DNA from: Octopus vulgaris
Taxonomy: Eukaryota
Direction of reading: 5' to 3'
Length of the DNA: 64,000 nucleotides
NCBI GenBank assembly: GCA_951406725.2
Contig: OX597830.1
Location: 6,138,001 to 6,202,000 of the forward strand
Part shown: positions 14,182-28,631 of the stretch, in pieces
Layout: every line of letters starts with the position of its first letter
How positions within the stretch are numbered: position 1 is the stretch's first letter
Notes under the pieces: model-generated
Databases searched by the model: none
The model's input: only the letters and a program-made list of their open reading frames with translations
Told to the model about the DNA's origin: nothing
Made by a program: the position numbers and the translations under genes

Positions 14182-15254
14182 GCATATGTACTTACAAATT
14201 TTTACATATATTTATATATAAACCATATACATATATTTACATATATGTATATGTGTGTGTGTCTCTTTGACTGTGCGTGTACATTGTGTCTTTACGAGTG
14301 TGATCGTTTACATAAATGTGAATATGTGTTTATAATGAATATCTATTTGAATCGATGGAAATGAGATTTAAGAATTCAAATAATAATCTTGCTATTTCTA
14401 GAATTCCTAGTTGGTTCCACCATATTTAATATGTTATATAATTTTATTTGTTTCCATCATACAACATCGATTGCAATCGTGTCCAGCAGGTATCTTGCGC
14501 AACTCTATATTTCGAAGAAATACGAGAACAAACGTACAGATTATAGACAAAAAACAATATTTCATTTGGTTTCCACAAGTCGGCGATCAACACTGAAATT
14601 CTGTTCGGCGTAATTATCACGTATAATTGAATGTATGTATGTTTCTTGAAGCGGATATACGTATATTAAACATTGTCTCGTTGTGTCAAAGATCGCAGAC
14701 ACCGATTAATTCCGAGACCATCTCGATTTGATGACAAGAATTCTGCTTCGTTAGTTAATAAACAAGTTATTGTTTCAAACATGGAACAATTCGTTCTCAC
14801 CCCTGTTTTTCATTCATTCTTATTCTTTCTTCGCCCCGTCTCTCCTTCCCTCTTTCACTCGACGTCTTCTTTCTATTTCCATAAAGTTCATTCTATTCTG
14901 TAAGCCATACCGTTCTCTCTACTTAGGTCAACCAACTTCCGAGCCAAGATCCGCCGTTTTGTTAAATATGATATCACATCTGTTCGAATGATAAATTAGT
15001 ATTGAAGTATATGTCTAGGATATAACTTCAACAATAATGGCTTTTAATTAATAATTAAGTTTGACAAAGGCATAAATAATGTTGAAATGATATTCATGTT
15101 AAGAGCACAAGGCTAAAGCGTCCATTGGTTAAGTCTAGTTAAAGAACATAACTCAATGATTTGAAACGACCGAGGGTTTTCTTGTTCGACGCCTCAAATT
15201 AGCACCCATTTGGTCGACACTACACACACATACGGGCGCATATATATATTCTTT

Positions 15255-15650
15255 TATTATTTCACTTGTTTCAGTCATTTGACTGCGGTCATGCGGGAGC
15301 ACCACCTTTAATCGAGCAAATCGACCCCAGGACTTATTCTTTGTCAGTCCAGTACTTGTTGTATCGGTCTTTTTGGCCGAACCGTTAGGTTACGGGGACG
15401 TAAACACATCAGTTTCGGTTGTCAAGCAATGTTGGAGGGACAAACACAGACACACGAACATTTACACACATATACATATAGACATATATATGACGGGCTT
15501 CTTTCAGTTTCCATGTACCAAATCCACACACTGTAGTCGGCCAGAGGCTATAGTAAAAGACACTTGCCCTAGGTGCCACGCAGTGGGACTGAACCCGGAA
15601 CCATGTGGTTGGGAAGCAAGCTTCTTACCACATAGCCACTCCTGCGCCTA
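15255..15650 (-). mobile_element. CORE-like tRNA SINE (major family), full length with internal CA/TA microsatellite
   Basis: Reverse complement of AGGCGCAGGAGTGGCT...GGTTCAGTCCCACTGCGTGGCACC...; 3' tail ...GCAGTCAAATGACTGAAACAAGT. Confidence 0.9.
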
Positions 15651-15684
15651 TATATATATAAATATATATTCTTTTATTCTTTTT

Positions 15685-16068
15685 CTTTTACTTGTTTCAG
15701 TCAATTGACTGTGGCCATGCTGGAGCACCGCCTTTAGTCGATCAAATCGACCCTGGGACATATTCTTTGTAAGCGCAGTACTTATTCTATCGGTCATTTT
15801 TGCCGAACCGCTAAGTGACGGAGACGTAAACACACCAGCATCGGTTGTCAAGCAATGCTAGGGGGACAAACACAGATACACAAACACAAACACAAACACG
15901 CACATATATATACATATACGACAGGCTTCTTTCAGTTTCCGTCTACCAAATCCACTCACAAGGCTTTGGCCGGCCCGAGGCTATAGTAGAAGACAGTTGC
16001 CCAAGGTGCCATGCAGTGGGACTGAACCATGTGGCTAGTAAACAAGCTACTTACCACACAGCCACTCC
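15685..16068 (-). mobile_element. CORE-like tRNA SINE (major family), second tandem copy
   Basis: Same sequence as the preceding copy. Confidence 0.9.
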
Positions 16069-16069
16069 T

Positions 16070-16402
16070 TTATATAATTATGAGTATAATTATAATTAGG
16101 GTTCAGCGGTTAATCAAAGCCTGGTGGATTCGTTATTAATTTCTCTTTACCTGCGTCGGTTGTTGAGTATTGCTATCTTGGAGATTTTCATATAGTAGTG
16201 AAATAGCTAGTTTTTAACTACTATTTCTAAACTTCGGTATGTTGTGAAGCAAATTTTTTGTGAACCCTAATTATAATTATACTCATAATTATAAAATTTT
16301 ATGTATAATCTTACCGATAACGGTTCTTTTAACACACCGAACTACTTGGTAAAATTATTAGTTATTAATTAATTAATTAATTAATTTTACCCTTTATTAT
16401 TA

Positions 16403-16403
<1 letters not shown>
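16070..16403 (+). mobile_element. PLE-like terminal family (copy 1 of 3) with 5' inverted segment
   Basis: TATAATTATGAGTATAATTATAATTAGGGTTCA (~16073-16105) is inverted at ~16261-16293. Shares TTTCTAAACTTCGGT..GTGAAGCAAAT and CTACTTGGT.AAATT...TTAATTAATTTT.CCCTTTATTA(TA)n with 30323-30510 and 58572-58769. Confidence 0.7.
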
Positions 16404-16441
<38 letters not shown>

Positions 16442-17596
16442 TTATCTATGTATGTATGTATGTATGTATGTATGTATGTATGTATGTATGTATGTATGTA
16501 TGTATGTATGTATGTATGTATGTATGTGTATGGGTTTTGGGCAAACACCATGCTCACATCCAGTTCTAACCTTGCAGTTAACTCAGCAGGCATTGGTCAG
16601 GCTCAGATCAAGGAAGATATGATTCAAGATTTTACATGTTTGCGAAACAGCTCCACTGTGCCAATTAAGTTCCGTATAATTGGTAATTGCTTTCTGTTTT
16701 ACATTTTTACGTCTTTAATCTTAGAAATGGATATTATGGGAATTATCTCCCATCTTATAACGCTCTCTAATGCGTTCGCTTGCAGGCGATGTTTACCCAG
16801 TACCAACAATAAAAGGTTAGAAACACACACCCAACACATTGTGCGGTATTGAATTCCATGATAATGCCCTTCATATAACTATTACACCTGTCGACAGCGT
16901 TAACAAAACATTCTTTGTTTTGTGAAAAGTGGAAAAACAGTAACAGAAAAATATGTTAAACGTTGATTAAATTCTTCCGACAATATAAAGATGAAATTAT
17001 TTTTCCTAACTCTCTTTCTTAAATAAGGTTATCATTTTCTAGCATCTCAATAGATAAACTTAATAACAAGTTCATAGAGTGCTTCAAGATTCGTTGTTTC
17101 TCACGAAAAACAAAACATAAATTAAACAATTCCAGAAAACAATCCAGAACATCTGCTTGATGAAAGAGATGATACATCTTGAGATTGTTTCAAAGGTTAA
17201 TTGCTAATTCTTAATAAGAAATATTATTTATTCATTGATGTCTGACAAGGAAAACAGTTAAACAATTTTACAAAATAAGATTATTTCGGTTGTTTTCTGA
17301 GATATTCGTGCAGTTAGGAATGGAGTGAGATTGATACAAGGGCAACGAGACAGGCGAAGGTTCAGTTTCATTTACTTAAATGTTATACTTGTTGCCTACA
17401 GTTAGGGAAACGCTGTTAATAGTGGTTCCACTATGCTTAGCTGATGAGTGCTCCTGCGATCGAAACACACCGGGATATTCTCCTCTGCCTTTTTATTAAT
17501 ATATCTATGTATATATGAGTATGTGTGTGTGCATGTGTACATATGTATGCATGAATATTCATACATACATGCATACATATATATATATATATATAC

Positions 17597-17644
<48 letters not shown>

Positions 17645-18000
17645 ATGTGTGTGTGTGTGTGTATAGTACGTTTATATATAAACAGAAGATACAAATATTA
17701 CAGGCATCCCCCCACACACACATTAAATAAACATAGACGCACATAGAGATATACGCATGCGCAAATGAAGACATACAATAGAAATACAAAATGGCTGACG
17801 GTTAGTAAGGTGAAACACACAAATAAGAAAGAAGAAAAGAAAGGACCACTGATGCAGTCACAGGAGTGTGACGAAAGAACTCTGGCCGAAATAAGATTAC
17901 GATTAATGTAAAAAATAAATAACACTGAAGCAAAGTAACACCAAATATATACTGCGTGTGTTTTTATTGGCTGAACTGGCAAAATGACCATTCCGAAATA

Positions 18001-18071
<71 letters not shown>

Positions 18072-19323
18072 TTATTTATATATATATATATACACCTTCA
18101 TGCGCACAAAGCAGGCATGCACATGCACACATACACTCACAATATACAGGTTTAGACAAATACATATCAAACAGAATGATTTTGACTTCTGAGTTTTAAA
18201 GAATGAGGCTTCTCAAAAAGATGTAAATAATCAACTTTGAAACTTTGAGTTTGCCATAATTAAAACAGTGATTATCGATCCCCAATTAGATGTTGTGGAA
18301 TAAAAAATTTTAATCGAGGATTTGTTAAAAATGGAGTAATACTGATGATGGGGAGGGCGATATGAATTGAAGGTTTTGCTTGTAATAGGCAAAACTCTAA
18401 TTTCGGGCCCTCTGAACCGCTTTTCTGACCTCCAACTTCACCGAAATGATAGTAACATCGTAACCCCGGGAAATCTTGTCTACCTTAACAGTAATGAAAA
18501 TAACCCTAAAATCCTTACATTTAGACTCGTTTACACCATTAACTATGACGGTGTGTAAACGACACTTCTTCCTCTCTTTTCTTATACTGATAGGAGTTGC
18601 TACAGCATGACCGTAGTTCAATGACTAAACCAAAAAAAATCAAAAATAAAAGATTGTACATCTATTTGAAATCAAGGTATATAATACCTTTTCGTGTCAG
18701 TGTTGATCAATGGAGACGTTAAACTCGAACGTTGTCGTTAAGAAACATTACTATAAATGAAATGATGAACATAATTTTAATCCTAATCAGATTAAAATCA
18801 ACTTTAATAATCCTAAATATTTCCACCAATAACAAGAGTTTCTCACATTGGCAAAAGGTTATATAGCAGACTACAAAATTCTGTGGACAGACGATAAATG
18901 ATAAATTAACAGTGAGAAGGGGACACATTTTAAACTTCAAATTAGATGTGCTTTTCTGATTTGAGTGATTGTATTAGGTTTCTTGAACATGAAATAAGCA
19001 TACATAGAAAGCTGTCCCTTCCTATAATACACTCTTTATTTTATTTCAGCGTTGTTGATATAATTGATATCGACAGTTACAAGATTAATTTTGATCTTTT
19101 CCCACGATAGGAGTATATCTATCGAATGAAATTTCCTCCGACTTGTCTGTATCAATCACGATATTCTTTATTCACACACTGTAGTTACAGTAGTGAAGAG
19201 TAAGACTAATGGAGGTTTCTCCGGTAGCAATACTGAAATATAAAATTATCTTGTAACATCCATACCATAAATATCTACATATCCGCCATTTTGAGAAATA
19301 AGATGCTTTTCCATAGAATTCGG

Positions 19324-19425
19324 ATTTCGTTACGTAAAAGGCAGTCCTCCTTCAAAGTCTTAGCATTTATGTAATGGTAACTTCCTTAATTTAGTTTAGT
19401 TTTATGATCTGAAAATAACATTTTC
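19324..19425 (+). repeat. ~102-bp direct repeat, copy 1 (copy 2 at 21359-21460)
   Basis: ATTTCGTT(A/G)CGTAAAAGGCAGTCCTCCTTC...CTGAAAATAAC(A/T)TTTTC, about 6 mismatches. Confidence 0.9.
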
Positions 19426-19659
19426 AAAGACAGCATATGAGCTACATACTTCTACTATCACTTGCTTCGTTAATATCACTCTCTCTCTGTCTGTCTGTCT
19501 GTCTGAATCTCTCTCTCTCTCTCTCTCTCACCTGTATGTGCGTTTATACATGTGTTCTTTTCACCGAGTGTCACGCCAATACATTTCTTATGCACATTCC
19601 CATGTTGTCCCTTTTTATTCGTTTATTTGAACTGTTTATTTGAATTGATGATACACACA

Positions 19660-19735
<76 letters not shown>

Positions 19736-19754
19736 CATTTATATATACACACAC

Positions 19755-20290
19755 ACGAGATGCATGCTATAAGTTACAAGACGTTTCAAGGGAGATGGTT
19801 ATTGATTTCAAATAAGTACAAAATTCCAGTCTCCTAGAAAGCAGGATCCTATGGACTTTAGGGACGTTGAGGGACAGATTTCATGCCCATCTCTGTCAAG
19901 CAGTTGGTTACCCGGATGTTTATCACTGTGTGTCCTGGTAACGAAAGTCGCACAAATCTTGTGCATTTTCAGATCCTCATTTCTAATTCCGTGTACAAAT
20001 ACCACATTGACTTCAGATTGTACGGTTATTGTTGTCTTTATGGAGATACGACGGACTTCATCATGATAACTGCGATTTTTTTCAACCAACTCTGACAATC
20101 TGACGCTCTCCTTCTCCCTCCCAAGCTTCTTACAGTCTCTCTGCTGGTTTTGATCCCTCTTGTGCCAGCGAAAAAGTTAATCCGTAAGCAGCCTGGACCG
20201 TTTCATGAGTTTCTGAGGTGGTTTTGCCCAGTTCAAGAGCTTCCAAATTTCCCTTCACATCCCGATAGCATTCAACAAACTAGTCAGAAA
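19755..20290 (-). mobile_element. Degenerate mariner-family transposase fragment (HTH region)
   Basis: Minus-strand ORF 19808-20098 reads VRRISIK...VHGIRNEDLKMHKICATFVTR, matching the mariner D-L-x-M-x-K-I-C-A-x-F-V-P motif. A TIR-like ACGAGATGCATGCTATAAGTT lies at ~19755. Confidence 0.65.
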
Positions 20291-20574
20291 GGAAAAGCAC
20301 TGATGCAGTGATTAGTAAGGTGTGTGCGTAGGCGTGTGGGTGCGCGCGTACCTTCGTCTTTATTCCCAAGCAACTCTCGACGATTAGCGTTTGTTTATGT
20401 CTCCTTGAACTAGCGTTTCGACAAGAAAAACCGATAGAATAAATAAAGTATCAAGTACTGGGTCAGACTTGTTGGACGAAAGACTTTAAAGCAGTGCTCC
20501 AGCATGACCGCAGTTCATTTACTGAAACTAGTAAGTAATATATGTATGTGTGTGTATATATATATATATTCTTT

Positions 20575-20955
20575 TAATTTTTTCTTTTATTTGTTTCAGT
20601 AATTTGAATGCGGCCATGCTGGAGCATCACCTTTAGTCGAACTAATCGACTCCAGGACTTATTGTTTGTAAGCCTAGTACTTATTCTATCGGTATCTTTT
20701 GCCAAATTGCTAAGATACAGGGACGTAAACACACCAACATCGGTTGTCAAGCGATGCTGAGGGGACAAACACTGACACACAAACATGTACATATATGTAT
20801 ATATATGACGGGCTTCTTTCTGTTTCCGTCTACCAAATCCACTCAGAAGGCTTTTGTCGGCCCGAAGCTCTAGTAGAATACACTTATTCGAGGTGCTACG
20901 TAGTATAACTGAACCCGGAACCATGTGATTCTTACCACACATCACGCTTGCGCCC
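20575..20955 (-). mobile_element. CORE-like tRNA SINE (major family); a plus-strand tail fragment lies at ~20380-20535
   Basis: Same family sequence as 15255-15650. Confidence 0.85.
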
Positions 20956-20960
20956 ATATG

Positions 20961-21029
<69 letters not shown>

Positions 21030-21500
21030 GTGTGTACATATATATATATCTGTGTGTACATATATATATATCTGTGTGTACATATATATATATATCTGTG
21101 TGTACATATATATATATGATATAGCACATCAGCAGTTAGATTTTGCTCTGTCTGCATATACACCTCTGATCAGCGATTCGTTTCGAGATGACTTCTGTAT
21201 ACATCACTGAAAAACTGATATAACGCCGAAACATTGGTGTACATTGTTCTCGCCAACCTACTGGGCGATTCGTCTCCCTTCGTTTGAGGTATTCAGTGTT
21301 TTTAACTCCTTCTGTCCTAAATAGAAAAACCAAACCCCGTAGTTAACAACATAAACAAATTTCGTTGCGTAAAAGGCAGTCCTCCTTCGAAGTCTTATCA
21401 TTTATGTAATGGTAACTTCCTGAATTTAGTTTAGTTTTATTATCTGAAAATAACTTTTTCGTACATTAAGTAAGTAGGAACGACAATATAGTTTTACATA

Positions 21501-21712
21501 CGAGGGGGTGCTGAAATTTCCCTGGCTTTGGGTCAAAGAAAATACAGGACGATCTGTTAATTGCATATTCATTCCCCTCTCAGATTTACACACTTATTGA
21601 AACGGTCCTTCATTTTTTCTATAACTTGTGAAAGAATTCGGAAGATTGGGCCCCCAACCAGGCCTGTCGTGATTCCTGTAAAGCCAAGAAATTTTCGTGA
21701 CCCCCTCTCACG
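21501..21712. mobile_element. Mariner/Tc1-type MITE (~210 bp) with TA target duplication
   Basis: TA-CGAGGGGGTGCTGAAATTTCCCTGGCTT ... AAGCCAAGAAATTTTCGTGACCCCCTCTCACG-TA form imperfect TIRs. Confidence 0.8.
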
Positions 21713-21737
21713 TATATCTATCTATCAATCTCTCTCC

Positions 21738-21866
<129 letters not shown>

Positions 21867-22696
21867 CATCGAAGGTGTCTATAATTTCTTTGACCAACAA
21901 AGAATCATTTTGCTGAAATCTTTTGGTAGAAATAAATCAGTAATCGAAAGTAGACAACAAAATTATTCAATATACTAAATCAAATTATTCAATATACGAA
22001 AACTCCTCAACCCAATTATAGACATTGAAGCGCTGGGTTCCTTTTGGGTCTCAAACCTAAATGAAAATGCTTCGACACATTTTTATTTAGAACGATGTTA
22101 TATTTTACCAGAAATGGCTAAGTGGGAAATAATCTCATTCTATGATATAATATTAATTGAAAAAAAAGGACATCAAGGTACAATTCCTGTAAAAGAATGA
22201 TCTCGACATTTGATTTATGAATGTTCCTTTAAAACATACAACAGATACTTGAATGAGTTTAGTTTTCCCAAATTTTTAAACAGTGGAAAAATAGATTTTT
22301 TTTCCCTACATTATTCCATCGTTGTCTCAAAATAAACGTTATACATAGCTTATATTTTCTTTATCAATAATTATACATTAAGCTACATATACTAAAAAGT
22401 TGATTATAACATAAATGAGATAATGTAGTTTAGTTTATTATGTTTTAATTCTGTCTAAGGAGGAAATAATAACAATTATGAACTGAGAGCAAGTAGTTAC
22501 GTCAATTTTCATAGACATTGTGAAAGAAATTCACCAACAAATATATTGTTAACATCAATTTTACTAAATATATTCATGGAGTAAATCACAGTGACTTTTA
22601 AATAGACAATCACAAATAGAAAAAAGAAGATGCAGCAGTAAAATAAACGAGTGGGGGCGGAGAGAAAGAGGAATTGTAAACGAATCTATCTCTTTC

Positions 22697-22775
<79 letters not shown>

Positions 22776-22864
22776 ACATTCACACATAGTTACCTGCATG
22801 CATACATATATAAATATATGTGTGCGCCTGTATGTATGTTTGTATGTATGGATACATGTATATA

Positions 22865-22912
<48 letters not shown>

Positions 22913-23989
22913 CATATATATGCATATATATATATATATATACATTATATATATATATATATATTATATATATATAGAGAGAGAGAGAGGGGGGGAGTGT
23001 GATGTCTATCTTTCTATTTCAATTTCTTTTTATCTTTCCTTCATAACAAATATTTTTTTTTTCTTACTTTTACTCTTTTACCCAGTATCCTCCCACATAT
23101 TTTAATGCTCTCCTTCCCCCTCTCTCTCTCTCTCTCTCTTTCTCTGTCTGTCTATGTCTCTTCTTTCTCCCTCATATATTTCTCTCTTTTCTCTTATTCC
23201 ATTGTTTCTTCTCTTTCTCATTTCTCTGATTCCAATAATGACTCTCTCTCTCTCTCTCTATCAGTAAAAAGACAAAAACGGCAAACTGTAAAAACTACAC
23301 AAAAAGAAAAAAAAACTTTACACACATACAAACAGACAAAACACTGATGTACTCATACACACAAACACACAGAGAAAAGCATATACAAACACACACACAC
23401 ACAAACACACACAGATAATGTTACAGCACATCCCTACGTATATTTATCAATATGAATTCGTACGAATTCCAAGTGTCATCTGTTGACACGAAGCGAAGAT
23501 TTGTTACGCAAGAATTGATAGCTTGGCTTAATACTAAACGTTGATGGTGAGGCATTCGCCGTGTAACCGATATAACCAGGAACAGACCATTCTGTTCACT
23601 TATAACCTCACAAGTGCCTATTAACGTGTCGATCAGATAAGAATAACTGATACTTGAGGTAATATGAGCTGAAATCTTGTCGTCATATTTGGAGTGCAAT
23701 GTTCTTTATAGACTCATACAAGCTAACTCACTATATTAAGAACTTTTTTCCTCTGATACAATGGACTAAATAAACGAATGTTACAATGAATATCGGAAAA
23801 AGATGAGCTTGTTTTTCTTTCTTGTAGAGTATGAAATAAATGGCTCTTTAACACTTTATATAGCTATGCGCATTTGATATGAGAAACACTATGCTCTATC
23901 TTAATTATTCTGTTTGTCATTGTCCATCTTCCTGCCACTTTGTCTATTTGTCCGTCTGTGAGACCACTTATCTCTCTTTTTATATCTGT

Positions 23990-24190
<201 letters not shown>

Positions 24191-24666
24191 ACGCGGGTAG
24201 CAAGACAGTTATCTCTCGCTCTCTCTTTCTATATACATATATACATATCGAAATAAGCAACAAGGATATCCAGAGGTATATTAGAAGTTACTCTAAACTG
24301 GGATTGGGACAACATGTTCTATGTCTATCTCCTTAAATTCTTGGAGATTTTAGGTATAATTATACAATGTCCATCTGTTCTAATTTAATTAAATTCCATG
24401 TATTTGTGCAGTTGAAGATTGCTCTGCATTTTAAATTGCTGTAATGATTGCATTGTTAAATTAAATGGAGTTGCATGAAACGATCGCACTGGATTACCTC
24501 TGGATATCATTATTGTTTATTTTGATTTTAATCACCTACTTTGAAATTGTATGGATAATACCGTGCTCAATTCTGGTGCCTCAACTTAAGTACCATGTTC
24601 ATCTATATCTAAATTTTTACATATATACATACAAACATACATACATACATACACACATACACACAC

Positions 24667-24717
<51 letters not shown>

Positions 24718-24742
24718 TGTAATACATATATATATATATATG

Positions 24743-24797
<55 letters not shown>

Positions 24798-25049
24798 TAG
24801 ATATGTATCTAATAAAAAGGGTGGCTTATTAGCAATTAGAACCTGAAGGCAAAATTAATAGAGATCTCAAAAGTGACGGAGTGTGCTGGCCAGCATCGTT
24901 TATGCTAAAATAAGAGTTAAATTAACTCCGAAACCACAAATTACTCTAACTCAATGATTGGCAAAGGCAGTTAAGCCCTTAACGTATGAAGCCGGATCGC
25001 GACTTCGAATCTTACATGCATACACACAGACACATACACGCATATATAC

Positions 25050-25461
25050 TCTTTAACTCTTTTACTTGTTCCAGTCATTTGACTGCAGCCATGCTGGAGC
25101 ACCGCCTTTAGTCGAGCAAATCGACCCCGGGACTTATTCTTTGTAAGCCCAGTACTTATTCTATCGGTCTCTTTGGCCGAACCGCTAAGTGACGGGGACG
25201 TAAAAATACCAGCATCGGTTGTCAAGCAATGCTAGGGGGACAAACACACACACACAAACATATACACACACACACACTTATATATATATACATATATACG
25301 ACAGGCTTCTTTCAGTTTCCGTCTACCAAATCCACTCACAAGGCATTGGTCGGCCCGGGGCTACAGCAGAAGACACTTGCCCAAGATGCCACGCAGTGGG
25401 ACTGAACTCGGAACCATGTGGTTGGTAAGCAAGCTACTTACGACACAGCCACTCCTGCGCC

Positions 25462-25463
<2 letters not shown>
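25050..25463 (-). mobile_element. CORE-like tRNA SINE (major family), full length
   Basis: Same family sequence, well preserved. Confidence 0.9.
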
Positions 25464-25505
<42 letters not shown>

Positions 25506-25508
<3 letters not shown>

Positions 25509-26245
25509 TCTCCCGCGAACGACTAGACTCTTTCCTCTCTTTTCCCCAATCCTTCTTTCCTGCCATCAAATTCTCCTGCACTATTTCTAACTGATCCGTC
25601 TCATTTTTTGACATTTCTATTACTATATTCCACTACAAACACACCGAATCACGCTCATGCTTCAGCTTCTCCTCCTCCCACCCCACTCACACCAAGTCCT
25701 CCATCCCCTATTCCTAATTTATCCGTCTGCGGAGGCTCTGCAGTGACAACCATGACTTTGAGACTGAGTCTCAAATTAAGGCTCGCCACACCATCCTTCG
25801 TGGATATCCCCTCACCACTGCCCACACTGCCCTTGTCAGAGTAAGCTCCGTGGACCGTGCCTCTGTTCTTTCTGCCCGCACTCACCCCACCGATTCTCGT
25901 CTCCCGTTTCCAGCACTTACTACCTCCACCCTTCCCCTCCATTGCACCATTCTCCTAACCTTCCATAGACTGCAGTCCAAGCCCTCCACCTCGCAAATCT
26001 TCCCCAACCTACTCCGTCCCTCATTCAAATGTGGCCACAACTTGCGTGACCTTCTGGTCTACAGTTTCTTCCGTAACTCCACCTTCCAGCCTGACTCGTG
26101 CCCCTGCTTCTGCCCACGCTGCCGTACTTGTCACTACATCCCCAACACCACCCTCCTCACAGGCACTCACCATCGTCCCTATCACACCACCGACTCCTTT
26201 ACCTGCACTTACAGTAACGGCATTTACTGCATCACCTGCTCTTTC
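25506..26245 (+). mobile_element. Penelope-like element remnant (Neptune-type): RT C-terminus, Zn-finger linker and start of GIY-YIG endonuclease
   Basis: Across frames: LDSFLSF...FPAIKFSCTISN.SVSF, IPYS*FIRLRRLCSDNHDFE...RGYP, FPNLLRPSFKCGHNLRDLLV and CPRCRTCHYI...DSFTCTYSNGIYCITC. Begins immediately after (TA)n. Confidence 0.88.
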
Positions 26246-27589
26246 ATAAAAACTGATGTGACGCTATGGAAATACTTAAGATAGGGCTGTAACATCACAT
26301 TTCTAAACGCCCATTTAAGTAAATATTATTGTTGTTCTATTTCATATTATCATTAAACCCCTTCAGTCCAGAGCAGACACATAATCAAAGACGGTTCATA
26401 AATGGACATCACTTCGCTTCTTGTATCTTTATCAGACACAGATCATTCTCAGCAGCTTCTAGAATTTATAAAGCGTTACTTGTGAAGGTACCTATGTTTT
26501 ATTCACTGGTGTCGAATAACAAAGCTACATTTAATCCGGAACAATGCCGGATTATTCCCTTTGTTACCTTAGTTACAGACAAGTGTTTACCGAGTTTGAA
26601 TGTTGCAATGGGAAGCCGTTCATTTGAAACGCCACGTTCTATATATATATATAGAATACCTGTAATAAACTCGGGTTAATCACATCATTACACCACTTCT
26701 AGCAGCCTTGTAACAAAATTTATGAAATTTCATACCATCCAGTAGTCACTGCTTAAATGCCTGGAAGAGAAACGATGGAATCAATTCTAAATCAGTGACA
26801 CACCATTTATTGACATCTACGTCATGTTGCAAGTGATCACCCTTGGGTGTCGAAATATTAATTGTTATATATCATTATGTATATTATATATAAACATAGC
26901 TATTATATATAAATGTATTGATTTCGTTCATTGTGAAACACTTCACTAATTTTAATCCATTCTCGCTTTTCTCTTGGAAGCTAGAAATAATCGAAGTTTC
27001 AAACCATGGAAGTTTATAGAATAATTAATTAATTAATACTTTGATAACACTCGACTACACCTGTCCTCCTCGAGAAAGCATATACAACGTGTAGAGAAAG
27101 CTGAATGAAAAGGTCACGAGATAATAGAAATATTCGATTGATAAGTACCTAATTTATTTTATCGTGGAATTGTAATTAAGATTACTCCATTAAATCAGAA
27201 TTGGTTGGCATCTACGACGTGTCCAGGAATCGAAAGAATAGATTGCAATGGAAGTATTACAAAAAAAAAAACAAAAAAAAGCAATGACAATCAAAGTCAA
27301 ATGTTAAAACAATAAACTTAGAAATATCTTAACTTCAATACAATTGATTTTCACTTTAATACAATAAAGTAGCAATGGAAGTGAGGTGAAGATTTACTCC
27401 TTTTGTTGGTGTTTTATTAGAAATGTGAATATTTCATTTTAATGAAATGTTCTTACTGGAATAAAGAGCAACGTTGTATAGGAAAAGAAAAATATATTGA
27501 ATATTGTAGTCTGGTTGTTGTTGTTGTTGTTCTTGTATCTATGTTCTGGTTCCACATCGTTGCAGGCAGAGTAAACGTATCTTTATTCT

Positions 27590-28040
27590 TTAGTTGCTTC
27601 AGTCATTCTGCTACGACCATGCTGGGGCACCACTTTGAAAAATTTTCAATCGAATGAATTGACCGTTGTACGAATTTTCTCTCTAGCCTGGCAATTTTAT
27701 CGTTCTATTTAGCCGAACCATTACCTCACGGAAACGTAAGCCCACCAACACCGACCATCAAGCGGTATTGGAGAACAAACAACACAGACACAATGACAAA
27801 GATACACACACACATACGCGCACGCACGCACACAAACACGCACGCACACAAACACGCACGCACACAAACACACACACAGATATATATGTATACACAACCG
27901 GCTTCTTTCAGTTTTCGTTTACCGAATCCACTCATAAGGCTTTAATCAAACAAACCTATTGTAGAAGGTGCCATGAAGTGAGACTGAACTCCGAATCATG
28001 TCGTTGACCAGCAAAATTTTTACCTCACAGCCACGCCTGC
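27590..28040 (-). mobile_element. CORE-like tRNA SINE (major family), degenerate
   Basis: Recognisable tail, internal CA repeat and head. Confidence 0.7.
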
Positions 28041-28473
28041 GATTATATCAAAGGTTTTCGAGACATGACGTCACATTCGAGTCTTACATTTTAAGCAGTG
28101 TTTTCCTCTGTGTAGACACACGTGGTGATATATGTATGCATGCATGTATGTATGTATGTATGTATGTATGTATGTATATACGGACGTATGTGTCATGTAT
28201 ATATGTAATTATAATTCCTCTGGGATTCATGTTAAGATATTTTTACCTTTCCAATATTCGAACTTGTCAATAACAATGTAACAAAGCTCTTGTCTCTGAT
28301 TCAAGGCATCTCTTGGGGATTGTGTTTACCTGAATTGTTTGATGCATGCACAGACGTTTATCTGTTGCGCGCATGTGCATGAATTAGCACGCACTCATTA
28401 TATACATATATATATATAAATATATATATATATAAATATATATATAAATATATATATATATAAATATATATAA

Positions 28474-28505
<32 letters not shown>

Positions 28506-28523
28506 TTGTATACATATATATAT

Positions 28524-28557
<34 letters not shown>

Positions 28558-28594
28558 CACAATACACATATATATGTGTCTATATATATATATA

Positions 28595-28631
<37 letters not shown>

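Noticed and set aside
17436-17480. CTGATGAGTGCTCCTGCGATCGAAAC as a complete hammerhead
   Set aside because: Both boxes are present, but stem II is weak and no NUH site with stems I and III can be drawn; at best a decayed copy.
21160-21240. CTGAAAAA...GCCGAAAC and opposite-strand CTCGAAACG motifs
   Set aside because: The core and stems are too degenerate to call.
23420-23700. Unique sequence as a possible host exon (also 16530-16850 and 13340-13700)
   Set aside because: Stops in the frames checked at 23.4k, and no recognisable domain or convincing splice pair at any of these; small exons cannot be excluded without RNA-seq.
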